NCBI RefSeq assembly: GCF_001194135.2
Contig: NC_068981.1
Coordinates: 140,309,459 to 140,345,785, forward strand
Direction of reading: 5' to 3'
DNA: 36,327 bases
Source of the DNA: Octopus bimaculoides
Lineage: Eukaryota
The translations under genes were made by a program, and so were the position numbers. Positions 12,235-23,791 of the stretch are shown piece after piece. Under the pieces are notes generated by a model, which searched no databases, was not told where the DNA came from, and saw only the letters and a list, made by a program, of their open reading frames with translations. Every line of letters starts with the position of its first letter. Positions within the stretch are counted from its first letter, which is position 1.

Positions 12235-12470
12235 TTTCAGTGTTCGACTTATGATACATAAGATTGGGGTTTCGATTTCTGGATCGTGCGACGCGTTATG
12301 TTCTTGAGTAAGACACATATTTTAACGTTGCTCCTGTCCACTCAGCTGGTAAATATAAATAAGCCTGCGACGGATCGGTGTCCCGTCCAGGTGGGGAATA
12401 AATACTCCATGGAAGCTGGAAAACCGGCTATATGTGTCTACATGGCTCGGGAAGGAACATTACTACTACT
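12235..12470 (+). mobile_element. tRNA-derived SINE (family B) with MIR/CORE-like segment
   Basis: B-box-like gtttcgatttctgg at ~12269, then gttatgttcttgagtaagacacat (resembling the CORE motif GTGTCCTTGGGCAAGACACTT), then cctgcgacggatcggtgtcccgtccagg, and a short (act)n tail. Confidence 0.65.
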
Positions 12471-12821
12471 ATTTACATTTTTACGCTAAATTTTTAAGTG
12501 TACACGTTATTTCGATGGATATGTAAACACATACATACACATACATTAAAATGTGTTTGTATGTGTTTATGTGTGTGTGTTTATACGTGTGTTTCCGTCT
12601 GTGAGTGTANNNNNNNNNNNNNNNNNNNNNNNNNNNNNNNNNNNNNNNNNNNNNNNNNNNNNNNNNNNNNNNNNNNNNNNNNNTACATGCATACATACAT
12701 ACACACGCACCCACATTTCAAAACCTTCTGCATTTGCTTGCTGAGATGTATTAGTTTTGATCTTTAGTGGCCATATAGGCCTCAACCTATCAGTCTCATC
12801 AAATTGTTATTATAATTTCGA

Positions 12822-12905
12822 TTCTTCTTCTTCTTCTTCTTCTTCTTCTTCTTCTTCTTCTTCTTCTTCTTCTTCTTCTTCTTCTTCTTCTTCTTCTTCT
12901 TCTTC
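12822..12905. repeat. (TTC)n microsatellite, ~28 units
   Basis: Perfect trinucleotide run; it gives the poly-K artefact ORF. Confidence 0.98.
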
Positions 12906-12924
12906 GTCTTCCAGCTCATACGCA

Positions 12925-14408
12925 TCCCACTATTGAGAAGCATTCCTTTCGAATTCAGTCGCGGCAAAGTTATGTCGGGGTACCTGAATGACATCAGGGT
13001 AGCGGTGCCAGACATCATAGAAGTTCAAGGAATCAATATCATTTTAATGGAATACGTGGGGATTGGTGGAGTTAAACGTAAATCCAAACAAGTCGATAGG
13101 GTTGCATGTCGGCAATAATAGAGTCTATGCCAACGAACAGCATAGTTTTTTTATGGACAGACAAACCAGTGAAGCTGCTCAGGTTCTGGTTTCTTCCAGA
13201 CCTCCAGGTGGACAACAACTGGAAGGAAGTTACAAGCAGAGTGGCCAGTCTTACTCACAAATTAGCTGAAAGGAAATCATCCCTGAAATGTCGAGTAGCG
13301 GTGGCGAATGCTTACATTGCCTCTCTAATAACTTATCACCTGACCGTTGTCCACTGCTCAAGTTCACATTTGGCCAGGCTAGAAGATTTACTTTTTCACT
13401 ACTTGTGGAAAGGACGCGTTCTATTGGTCAAATGTTTCATCTGCTACCTCTGGCTAAGCCACTTAGAATGTTTTCTAGACGGTGAACTGGTGTTGTCTCC
13501 TTTTGTCAGACACGCATTTCCACAGCTCATCTCGCTGACGCAGCTGAAACCCTGGGCCAAGAACAGACCAAAATTAGGCGCATGGCATCTGATATTTTGT
13601 TTGGCGTTCATTGACATCTACTAGTTGGAAGATACGATCGGTGGAACTTCTACTTTAGAAATATATAGAAATATAGTAGTGGATAAGAGAGATGGCATAC
13701 TCGGGGAAACTCAAGGCATCGATCAGGTTAAATTAGCTGGTTTGTTTTGGAGAACTTTCGAGCCCGCTACTACAATGAACAGTTTCCAGAAATTCTTGGT
13801 ATTACAGTGCTACTGAGAGCACTCTAGTGAAAGATAAATTCTTTAATCACGGAAGAGCTGCCAGGCGAAACTATCCTAAATGCGCGCAAAGCAACGAAAC
13901 CGCTCTGCACGCACACATGCAGTGTTTGAACAGCTATTATTACCTGTTGGATAAGTTCGACTACCGGCCGAATCCATCGTCAGGGTTGTCCCGCCATCCA
14001 CATTTATATAGGTAGGGCAGGTGACGTTCTGTCTAGTGGCTATGTCGAAAATGGCTGTGTGGTGCACGAGGCTGAAACGATTGATGTAAGCACCACTTAT
14101 CAACCTTTGAAGTTCCTGGTCAATTTGTGAAAAGATAAAAGTGTGTGGTTGGCATCTGCCTGTAGATTGGCGTGCAACATTTCGGCGAGTGTTAATGCCT
14201 TTGTTGGTCACGGTAATCCTGGATCTCTGGGATTCCTGTAGCAGTAGGGCTGCATCATTCACACCATCACAAACTTTGTATACCATGTATAATTAAGCAC
14301 ATTCACCGTCTTTTCCATTTCTTTCTCTCCTTTTATGTAAATCTCTACACACATTGCTGTCAGTCCTTATGATGTTGCCACTCATGTATGCCCTGTAGCT
14401 GATAAAAC

Positions 14409-14410
<2 letters not shown>
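12925..14410 (+). mobile_element. 5'-truncated, decayed L1-clade (Tx1-like) LINE: ORF2 RT C-terminus, zinc knuckle and 3' UTR
   Basis: Stitched frames give SGYLNDIRVAV (decayed AYADD at 12981-12992), VNPNKSIGL, KLLRFWFLPDLQVDNNWKEVTSRV..ERKSSLKCRVAVANAYIASLITYHLTVVHC..LEDLLFHYLWKG and ALPVKDKFFNHG..YPKCAQSNETALHAHMQC (CxxC..ET..H...C). There are many stops and frameshifts. Confidence 0.85.

Positions 14411-14454
<44 letters not shown>
14411..14454. repeat. (ATC)n microsatellite, possibly the LINE 3' tail
   Basis: About 14 perfect units directly after gataaaacaa at the end of the L1-like fragment. Confidence 0.95.
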
Positions 14455-14580
14455 GGATATTATGGTCTTAATACCTATTTATTTTCTGTAATTAATGATC
14501 TTATCATTATAGATATTATACATAGCCAAAACGATAACAAAACAGCAAACAAAAAAAAACAATAAGCATGAATATTAACA

Positions 14581-14625
14581 TTAACAATAATAACAACAGC
14601 AACGAAAAACAACAGCAACAACAAC

Positions 14626-14696
<71 letters not shown>
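14581..14696. repeat. (AAC)n/(AAT)n microsatellite
   Basis: Direct reading; it gives the poly-L and poly-Y artefact ORFs. Confidence 0.97.
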
Positions 14697-14697
<1 letters not shown>

Positions 14698-14859
14698 CAT
14701 TTCTTAACTTCTTGCATAGACGAAGAGTGCACTTGCAAGCGCAACTCATTATCAGGTATTTTAACCGAAATTAGTGAGTTTGATGCGAAGTTAAGCAACT
14801 CAGCTGATTGATGTATATATATCTACCAGATATATAATCATATGCAGCGATAAATTGCA

Positions 14860-14924
14860 CACACACATATACATACACATATACTAACTCTATATACATA
14901 TGTATGTATGTATGTATGTATGTA

Positions 14925-14988
<64 letters not shown>

Positions 14989-15230
14989 CTATATACGTAT
15001 CATCTATAAACATACTCATATATATATACATATATTTGTACACACACACAAGTATATATATACGCACACACATACATACATCGTAAGATGTTTAGTTGTC
15101 ATTCCGTATATATTTGTATATAGATACAAATAGATACATATATGTTTATGTACATATACGTATATACAAGCATATCTATACACATATCATAAATTATACA
15201 TAATATGTATATATGTGTACGCTTAGGAAG
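14860..15230. repeat. Compound (TATG)/(TC)/(TA)/(CA) low-complexity tract
   Basis: Direct reading. Confidence 0.9.
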
Positions 15231-16549
15231 TGTGTTTATTGCTTCGTATACACGGTTAGTTCATGTCATGTTTCGTTTAATGTTCTTATCAAACAGCCTG
15301 AAATATGAAAACATGTAACAATACTGTTTCTTTCTGATCTCCATAGTTTTATTGTTCCTGTCATTTTCCATCAATTTCAAATACTTAAATAGTTTGCTAC
15401 AAAGTTAATTTGCCTCCTATAAGCAAATAAATTGCTTTTGAAAGATGAAAAGTATAGAAATAAAATGTTTATATTATTTCCTTCGCAATTATCCGTATTT
15501 GAATAAATTTTTTTCTCTCATTCTTGTTTCAATAAGAATAACTAGTTCAAAATATGAAATAACAAATATATTTCAATTGTGTATTTTAGATCACGTTTAG
15601 TTTTTTAAGTTGCATGAAATAAATGTTATCGAATAATTTTAGAATTCAATGTTTGAATATATGTAATTCATGCTTAATATAATGTATATTTACTTTTATT
15701 TAAATAGGCATCGAATGATTTCATTCAGAATTATTTTATTGTTCTTGATCACATGCGATGCTGTATGTTGTATATGTAGAGACTATATATTTGTTACAAT
15801 CAAAGATGACTTTAATCAAGGTATATTTTGTAACTAATACTTTGACATTTATTTCCTACATTCTAGCTATCTTTATTCTTTACAAATCTTGCGTTTGATT
15901 CTGTTTGAAAACCTTTATCTGCATCCAGTTTATTTATACCGTTCTCTCGTATTTATTGCTATCATTACGCTTATACATTTATATGATTACGGAAGCAGAG
16001 AACATTCTCTTACAAAAAGAGATAACGATATTGTCAAACATTATTCCTTTATCCGAAATTTATATCCACCGTACAACTTATAAATTTAGTATAATAAAAG
16101 AAAAAAAGGAAATCAACCTGTTTTTGTTTATATTTGAATGCATTCTTCATCACACAAGATGTCCTTAATTTAATTTTTTTTCCTTTCATTTAACGAAAAT
16201 TTATTACATATATCTTAAGTGATGTGTGTTAATTATATTTGAAAATATTTGTTCTTTCCTCGCCAGCAAATCAAATCCAGCAAAATTATTAGATACTTTT
16301 TTCTCGTAAAAGGTACTGTAGATAGATACTTAGACGCTGGTAGGTATTATTTAAAACTAGTTACACATTTTAAATAAATATGTTTATGAAATTATTGACC
16401 TCACGTGAGCGAGTGTAATAAGAAAATGAAACATCGAATCCAGTGCATTGTGACTTTCAACACTGTTTGATGTAAACGTATATATTAATTCCAATTTCAC
16501 TACAAATAATTTTTTTCTCTTACGACAAGATCACTATCATTATATAACT

Positions 16550-16700
16550 AAGTGGACATGCTGGCTGAAACGTTAGAAAGTTGGATAAAAAATTTAGCAA
16601 CATTTCTTCCGTTTCTTTACATTCTAAGTTCAAAAGCCGCCTACGTAGACTATGCCTTTCAGCTTTTCTGGTGCGATATATATAAGCACGGGCCAGGTAC
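16550..16700 (+). mobile_element. tRNA-derived SINE (family A, copy 2, decayed)
   Basis: gctggctgaaacgttag (A-box-like), ttctaagttcaaaagcc (B-box-like), gtagactatgcctttcagcttttctggtgcgata; collinear with the 9861 copy. Confidence 0.55.
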
Positions 16701-17841
16701 CCCCCTCCACACACACATAATGAGTTTATAGTTGATAAGATTACTATTACAATTGCTTTTAAGTTTACAGTAAGTGCTCTGTTTGCCGTTTCAAACTACA
16801 TTTCTGCCGTTAAGTATGAATGAAGCAATAATAACTCATTAACCTTATCAAATATAAGATACACGTGTAAGTCCAAAAATTTAAAGTAGTTTAAATCTGT
16901 GATATATAAAAAAATTAATGATTTCAATAAAGTGTAATATATATTGCCTCAACCAATCCAGAGAATAGTAAGATAATCCAATTCTTATGAATATTTTCTT
17001 AGAACAAGCATGAATTCAGCATACCTATTAAGTTGGACATATGAATAATAACAGTATTCAAACTAGTTGCAGAATCTGCTTTGAGAGTTTTTTTTTTCTT
17101 TGATAATCAGAGGAATCTATCTAGAGGCCTCAGAGAAATACGATGATATACGTAGTTGCGTAGATTGTATTTCACAATTTCTTCTCAAGTTTACATGTAT
17201 GTATTTATTCGTTTGTAACTGTACATTTAACTTCTGTTCACCTGTCTCAATTTAGCCATCTCTCTCTGTCAGTACATTTCTAGAATAAGCATATGTGTAT
17301 GTATGTATGTATATATGTATATATGTGTATATGTATGTAACTATGTATGTATGTATGTATGAGTGTGTGTGGTTACGTATATACGCGCTATTACACTTTT
17401 ATATTAGCATTGTACTGATGTTTTCGTCTGTAAATAATTATATATAAGTATGTATATGTATCTTCATTTTTGTCAGTACATGCGTATGTAACGAATATGA
17501 TTAGATATATTCTTATGTTTGACTGTGTGTATGTCTAAGAATATATATTCATACATATATATATATAAAAAGATATAATATATATGTGCGCGTGTATTTA
17601 TCTATAATATATATAGATATGTGTGTGTGTGTTGATTCATTACATATATTTATATATGACTGTATAATTAGATGTTAATAAGAATATACAACTTATGCAC
17701 ACGTCTACATAGTTTCTCTTTTGTGTGTGAACAAGTGTATATAAATGATTCTATATGATAACCATCCATTAGTCTCTAAAGACTATGGATCTTCTCCTTG
17801 GATAGGATTGGTGTTGCAGCATCGCTTGTGACCGACAATTC

Positions 17842-19500
17842 CTATGCGTGAGTGACAATCACGTCTGCAGCATTACAAATATGGTTGGTTGGTTGGTCTT
17901 TTACTGGTGGTTCGGTCTTCCTGCGTCTCCGGCTGTCCTCTACCGTCTGACGTATGTGATTTTCTCCTTCCATCAGAGCGGTACTCAGTATCTGTCTCCA
18001 GGAGGAACAGCCTTTTGCCATGTTCTCCCAGGTTTTGGTATTGATACTCATGGCCTTCATGTTACGTTTGCACGCATCCTTGAAACGGGGATGAGGTCAT
18101 CCGCGAGCACGTCTTCCGGAGGCTAGCTCACCATACAGTATATCTTTCGGTAGCCTTCTATCAGACATCCAGTGTACGTGTCCCAGCCAGCGGACACGGC
18201 GTTGCCGAAGTAGTATGAAAGTAGTTAATGCCTGGGAACGGGTAAGTATCTCACTGTTAGTGATGCAGTAGTTCCACTCGACCCCGAGAATACTTCGAAG
18301 GTTGCGCAGAGGGAAGGCATTCACGCGGCGCTCTTCTCTGGCATGAAAGCACCAGGTCTTATCGCCATATAGCAAGGTGCTGAGGACACATATTTTATAG
18401 ACTGTGAATTTGGTGGATCTCATCAGCTTACCGTTTAGCCAATCATTTTAAGCTTGTTTAGCAAAGGTCGAAGTAGCCAACCCGATTCATCTGTTCAGCT
18501 CCAGATCGAGTGTGAGGCCATCCGTAATTGTTGAGCCAAGGTACGTAAACTCATGGACCACATCGAGTGAGTGGTTATCGATGGTAGTGATGGGGGAATC
18601 AGAGACGCGTTGTCCCATTACATTGGTCTTCTGTTGGCTGATTGTTAAGCTGAAGGCATAGCAGGCCCGGTTGAGATTGTCCATCATTGTTTGAAGTTGC
18701 AGTTCTGAATGAGCTATTAGAGCACGTCGTCGGCAAACAGCATCTCCCTGATGCAAACCCTGCAGATTTTGGTCTACCATCCAACCTTGTACGGAGGCAA
18801 ACGCCGCTGTTTTGCGTACAATATGCATACTTTAGCATGACGGCGAAGTAGATGTTAAACAGGTTAGGAGCAAGCATCCATCCCTGTTTTACCCCACGTC
18901 GGGCATCAAAATGTTCTGAGGCGTTTCTTTTGAATTGTACTATGGACTTCATGTACAAACGGAAAGATACAAAGATGCAGAGCAGTCGGGGACGACACCC
19001 AATCTTACCAAGAACTTGGAACAACCCATCCCTACTCACCGTGTCGAACGCCTTCATCAACGAATGCAATGCAGAGAGGTTGGTTCTGTTCCCTACACGT
19101 CTCTTGTAACTGCCTAAGGGGAAAAATCATATCCATCGTGGATCATCCGGATCTGAAACCGCTTTGAGACTCTGGGCAGATCCTTTCTGCAAGTTTCCGA
19201 ACTTGGTCGAGAACCAGGCAAGCAAATGTCTTTGAAAGAAAACTAAGCAGTGATATACCTCTATAACTGTCACAGTGACTCCTATTTCCTCTGTTTTTAC
19301 ACAAAGTGACGAGTTTACGTCCTTCATATCACTAGGTATCTTCCCTTCCGCCCAGCAATGACGCAGGATATGGTGGAGTTGATGTAGGATGTCTTCTTTG
19401 AAACACTTGATAACTTCAGCTGGTATCCTACCTACTCCAAGTGCTTTACCGGTTGGTAGTGTGTCGGGTGATTTTTCTAATTCCTCTATGTTTGGGGGTA
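17842..19500 (-). pseudogene. RTE reverse transcriptase domain and C-terminus (disrupted)
   Basis: GKALGVGRIPAEVIK, RSTMDMIFPLRQLQETCREQ, KAFDTVSRDGLFQVLGKIG, RRGVKQGWMLAPNLFNIYF, EMLFADD (18726-18737), FTYLGSTI, KICVLSTLLYGDKTW, QRRVRWLGHVHWMSDRRLPKDILYGEL. Multiple frameshifts and stops. Confidence 0.95.
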
Positions 19501-20125
19501 TGGTGTGTCGACGCCTCCAGACGATGAAGTAGGCTAGCCCAATACGTAGATATAGAGGGAGTAGTCTGGACGTCGGGGTAGTTGAGTAGAGGTCATCCGA
19601 ACGTGTGATATAACATAACAGTAGCGACGAAGATTTCGTAGCTCACACAACATAACAGTCCAGTTCGTCTATGACCGGCAGACGTCCCAAGTTGTTCAGT
19701 GCTGTTTCCGAAGTGGAACTATCATGGGGCTATAAATAATGCTCCACCCATCTCTCCATTTGCTTCAACTGGTCTGTGATGGTCTCTCCAGCTTTGGTTT
19801 ACCCCACGTCGGATATCAAATTGTTCTGTGGTATTTCCTTTGAATTGTACCTTGGACTTCATGTACAAATGGAAAGACTCAAGGATTCGGAGCAGTCGAG
19901 GAGGGCATCCAATCTTCTCAAGAACTTGGAACAACCCATCCCTACTCACCGTGTCGAACGCCTCTATCAACGAATGCAATGTAGCGAAGTTGGTTCTGTT
20001 CCCTGCACTTCTCTTGTAACTGGAGCTATCTTGCATTGTGCTGGTCCTATTGCTTCCTTTGTCCCGTCGTACATCTCACGTATATTCCCCCATATCAGCG
20101 GCTAGTTCGATGCGTCCGCACAGTT

Positions 20126-20870
20126 TCAGCCAGTATTCGATAGCGCAGTGCCTAGCCATTCGTTGAGACTTGTTTCTAGCTGAATGTAGGGCTTGCGGTG
20201 ACTCCCGAGTAGGGAGCTGCCTAGCAGCAGGTCTGGCGTAATGAAGAATTTAGGGGAGGAGTTTGGTTTGCAGCAAACCAGAGAGTGGTCCGTATCACAA
20301 TCAGCACTCTGGAAAGTGCGGGTGATGAGCACGTTCTACAGACGATGCTGCCTTTGGAGTAAGAGGTCCAGGTGGTGCCAATGTTTGGAACGTGCGTACA
20401 TCCACAATAATTATGCTGCTGTTTCAGCTAGAAATATGTGTTTGTTACACACAATCCATGGAGTGTGCATTGATACAGCAAGTGCTGTCTATTTTCAGTC
20501 ATCGTTGCGATCCCGTGCTTTCCAAGACAAGCCGGCCAAGATGTAGGCTCGGCATCTACTCTAGCATTGAAGTCTCCTAGTAGTATCAGGCTTTCTCTTG
20601 ATGTTATCCTGCTTAGCCTCGATGACAATTGACTGTACAACTCGTCTTTCAAGTCCTGGTTGGAGTACGATGTAGGTGCGTAAGCACTGGCTAATGTAGC
20701 CAGTCTGTCCGACGTGTGCTGGCGTAGAAATAGCATCCACTCTGTCTCTTCATCATCTAGTTCCACTATCTTCAGAAGTAAGTTTTTCACTGCAAAGCCA
20801 ACTCCATGCACGCTTTTCTCTTGGCAGAAGAATGCATAATCTCGCTCGCGTAAAATTCCTCTCTCTCTCT
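20126..20870 (-). pseudogene. RTE apurinic-like endonuclease (APE) domain (disrupted)
   Basis: HGVGFAVKN, SAYAPT, ILLGDFNARV, CVTNTYF, WHHLD and ADCDTDHSLV are diagnostic APE motifs of RTE LINEs. Confidence 0.93.
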
Positions 20871-21777
20871 AAATATGTGTCCGTAACTTATGAGCATCAA
20901 TTTATCTTGTTGTTTTTCTTTTACATTCTATCTTTCTCCCGTTCTTTGTTTTCTACCCCTATGAGTTTTATTACTTGCATTATCTTTCCTAAGTAATCAA
21001 CACCCCATTTGTTGTGCACCGGTTTCTCCTCAAGAGTGCTAGATAGAAGTTAATCAGATTAGAATCTGAAGCTACACCAAAAATTTGAGTATGCAGCAAT
21101 CAAAATGAAGCCAAACCTCAATCAATAGCGCTAGGGTTATTTGTAAATAGGCAACATCAATATCATTCTACATATTCTATTTTCCACTGCCATATTTGAT
21201 TCTTAATATATACATCTGTCTCCTAGCCTGTATTTTTTTGTCTTATTCATTGTGGAAGATCATTCTCCATATATATATATATATATATATATATANNNNN
21301 NNNNNNNNNNNNNNNNNNNNNNNNNNNNNNNNNNNNNNNNNNNNNNNNNNNNNNNNNNNNNNNNNNNNNNNNNNNNNNNNNNNNNNNNNNNNNNNNNNNN
21401 NNNNNNNNNNNNNNNNNNNNNNNNNNNNNNNNNNNNNNNNNNNNNNNNNNNNNNNNNNNNNNNNNNNNNNNNNNNNNNNNNNNNNNNNNNNNNNNNNNNN
21501 NNNNNNNNNNNNNNNNNNNNNNNNNNNNNNNNNNNNNNNNNNNNNNNNNNNNNNNNNNNNNNNNNNNNNNNNNNNNNNNNNNNNNNNNNNNNNNNNNNNN
21601 NNNNNNNNNNNNNNNNNNNNNNNNNNNNNNNNNNNNNNNNNNNNNNNNNNNNNNNNNNNNNNNNNNNNNNNNNNNNNNNNNNNNNNNNNNNNNNNNNNNN
21701 NNNNNNNNNNNTATATATATATATATATATATGTATGTATATATATTTCTATATATGTAAGTAAGTAGTAAGATTTT

Positions 21778-21965
21778 GTTCTAATTTGACACAAGAAAAG
21801 CATCTGTACGTCGAAGGACAGGTCGATTACATCGTCCTTGACGAGTGCATTAGTTATTTGAATTCGCAAGGTTGAATGGCTAAGTTGGCCACAGCAGAAT
21901 TTGAACTAAGAGCGTAAAGCGTCGGAATAAATACCTCCAGATGTTCTAACGATTCTGTGGAATAT
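21778..21965 (-). mobile_element. tRNA-derived SINE (family A, copy 3, inverted)
   Basis: Minus strand: cacagaatcgttagaac..ggtatttattccgacgctttacgctcttagttcaaattctgctgtggccaacttagccattcaacc..gatgtaatcgacc..cttgtgtcaaattagaa. Collinear with the 9861 copy. Confidence 0.65.
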
Positions 21966-22988
21966 CATTCTAATGGATGATGTGTATTTTAGATACGTTT
22001 TATTTTGCATATTTGATGGTAAACCTTTTATCAGCTTAGCATTTTTATGCAGAAATTTATCTATATTTAAAATGTAAACCTGGATGTATCTGATAAGACA
22101 GACACAAACTTTAGCACTAAAATTGTTTTTAAGACAGTCATTAAAATTCAAGCTTCTGAGTACTGAATAAATGCATAACACAACATAATTAACGTCGTAT
22201 TTTAAAATTTGCTGTTTGCATTTGGCAGAATATTACTTTGACTGCAAGATCCGCCCATGAGAATTGCAATGTGAGAGGAAATTTGCTATATTATTTATAT
22301 GCCATCGCATAAGAGGTCATTAAATTAAATCTATGTATTAGAGAAAAATTATAGTTCTGTCTGCTTTCGTCTCTTTATATCATGATTCATTAAAAAAAAA
22401 GTAAAATAAACTAAGCTTTGCTGTTCACATTTTCTGGGAGCGATAGAACAAACTTCAAGTCAAATAGTGCAAACTTTTTGATATGCTGAATCTTAATTTT
22501 TTGTTTAGCCTTGATTTGATGAGGGAATGTAATATTCATATCTTTAAAATATACGGTGTGAGTTGGAATATTTTCACGCCGAAAAAATAATCTTGCTGAC
22601 TTCATTACCATACACTTATGTTCCAACTTCCAATCCAGCTCGTGACTAAAACTGTTTTTCATCTTTTCTTTCTTAATTCCGACAGATACCAGAGTACTGG
22701 TGTTGATCTCTTCTTGTTAATAATCACTGATACGGCTTCTGTAAAGCCTGATCCGCTAGAAAACTGTTTTTGTCTGATGACCGGTAGGAATTTGCTCCAC
22801 AGATATTTGTTGAACGCAATGTTACACGCTCCAGTACAAGCAAAGATTGAGGTACAATCTGGCATACGACACTCCTGGCAAAACTTCCCAAAATATTCCA
22901 AAGTATTCCTCAAATATATCAGCTGTTATATGAAACAGCATCCTCAGAGAGATCCCATCTGAATTCCATAAGTTACGCTTAGACATAC

Positions 22989-23035
22989 TTCAGCTTTTTG
23001 ACCTTGATGCGCCGTCTGCTCTTCTGTCGTTTCTC
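22989..23035 (-). CDS. Candidate 47-nt exon (phase 1 to phase 0)
   Basis: Minus: tttattatttAG | GAGAAACG...AAAGCTGAA | GTATGT. Reading (R)ETTEEQTAHQGQKAE; phases fit both neighbouring candidate exons. Confidence 0.3.
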
Positions 23036-23471
23036 CTAAATAATAAATCCTCCTTGGAATGATCTTCTCACATTCGGCTGGAATAGTTTCGCATTCACTC
23101 AGGTTATTTCTACTAGCGCATCTTTCTTTCTCTCACATCTCTCTTTCTCTCATATCTTTCTTTCTTTTACTGCTTAGGAGGAATGCCTGGCAATTCCAAT
23201 TTCCCTGGCAGTTGTAAGTGAATTCGGTAAAATAGTTAAGTCCAAGTTACCAACACCAGAAAATAAAAGAACATGAACTCAATGCCAGCAGCTTGTGCTT
23301 TTGGAAAGTAAGAACTGACTCTCTGGGTTAATGAGTGTCTGGTGGTTAGAACTGCCAGCAAACTTGCAAGGGCATGGCATTACTCCTTGCTCCAGACTGT
23401 AAAACACTTTGAATCAGAGTACAAGGTTTCACTATTATGTACACAGTGAATGTTGAATGAGTGAGTGTACA

Positions 23472-23485
23472 TGTGTGTGACTGTG

Positions 23486-23550
<65 letters not shown>
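23472..23550. repeat. (TG)n microsatellite
   Basis: Direct reading. Confidence 0.97.
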
Positions 23551-23554
<4 letters not shown>

Positions 23555-23767
23555 AATATGTTTGAGGGGTGGGTAGTAAGTTAGGTGTTGGTGCTATTTG
23601 TGAGAGAAAGAGGTTATGTTGTGCAATTTATTATGTGGAATCACAAACATCTGTTTACACAGCTTAATATTTCTGATACAATGTAACTTTTTGAAAATTT
23701 CAAGTTGCCCAGGTATAAAAAAGAAAAAAGAAAAAGAAGAGCAAATTCGTATTTATTTTATACTCAC

Positions 23768-23791
23768 TTCCTGAGCATCCCCGCATCTGCC
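23768..23791 (-). CDS. Candidate 24-nt micro-exon
   Basis: Minus: ttcattatttcaccAG | GGCAGATGCGGGGATGCTCAGGAA | GTGAGTA, a strong acceptor and near-consensus donor around a GC-rich island. The phase-1 reading is xG-Q-M-R-G-C-S-G and includes an ATG at 23786-23784. Confidence 0.35.

Larger units (their letters stand above)
17761..20870 (-). mobile_element. RTE-clade (BovB-like) LINE, 5'-truncated and decayed, with internal duplication
   Basis: Minus strand encodes an APE endonuclease, a linker, an RT and an RTE-type C-terminus in order (see sub-features). GC is elevated relative to the flanks, and there is a terminal stem-loop at 17764-17790. Confidence 0.95.

Noticed and set aside
12782-13018. 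Poly-lysine ORF, and the poly-L/poly-Y ORFs at 14475-14798
   Set aside because: Artefacts of the (TTC)n and (AAT)n microsatellites.
22915-22955. Minus-strand CTGAGGA-T-GCTGTT(tcatat)AACAGC-T-GATA, hammerhead-like
   Set aside because: GATA instead of GAAA, a U-U mismatch closing stem II, no stems I/III and no PLE context; probably chance.
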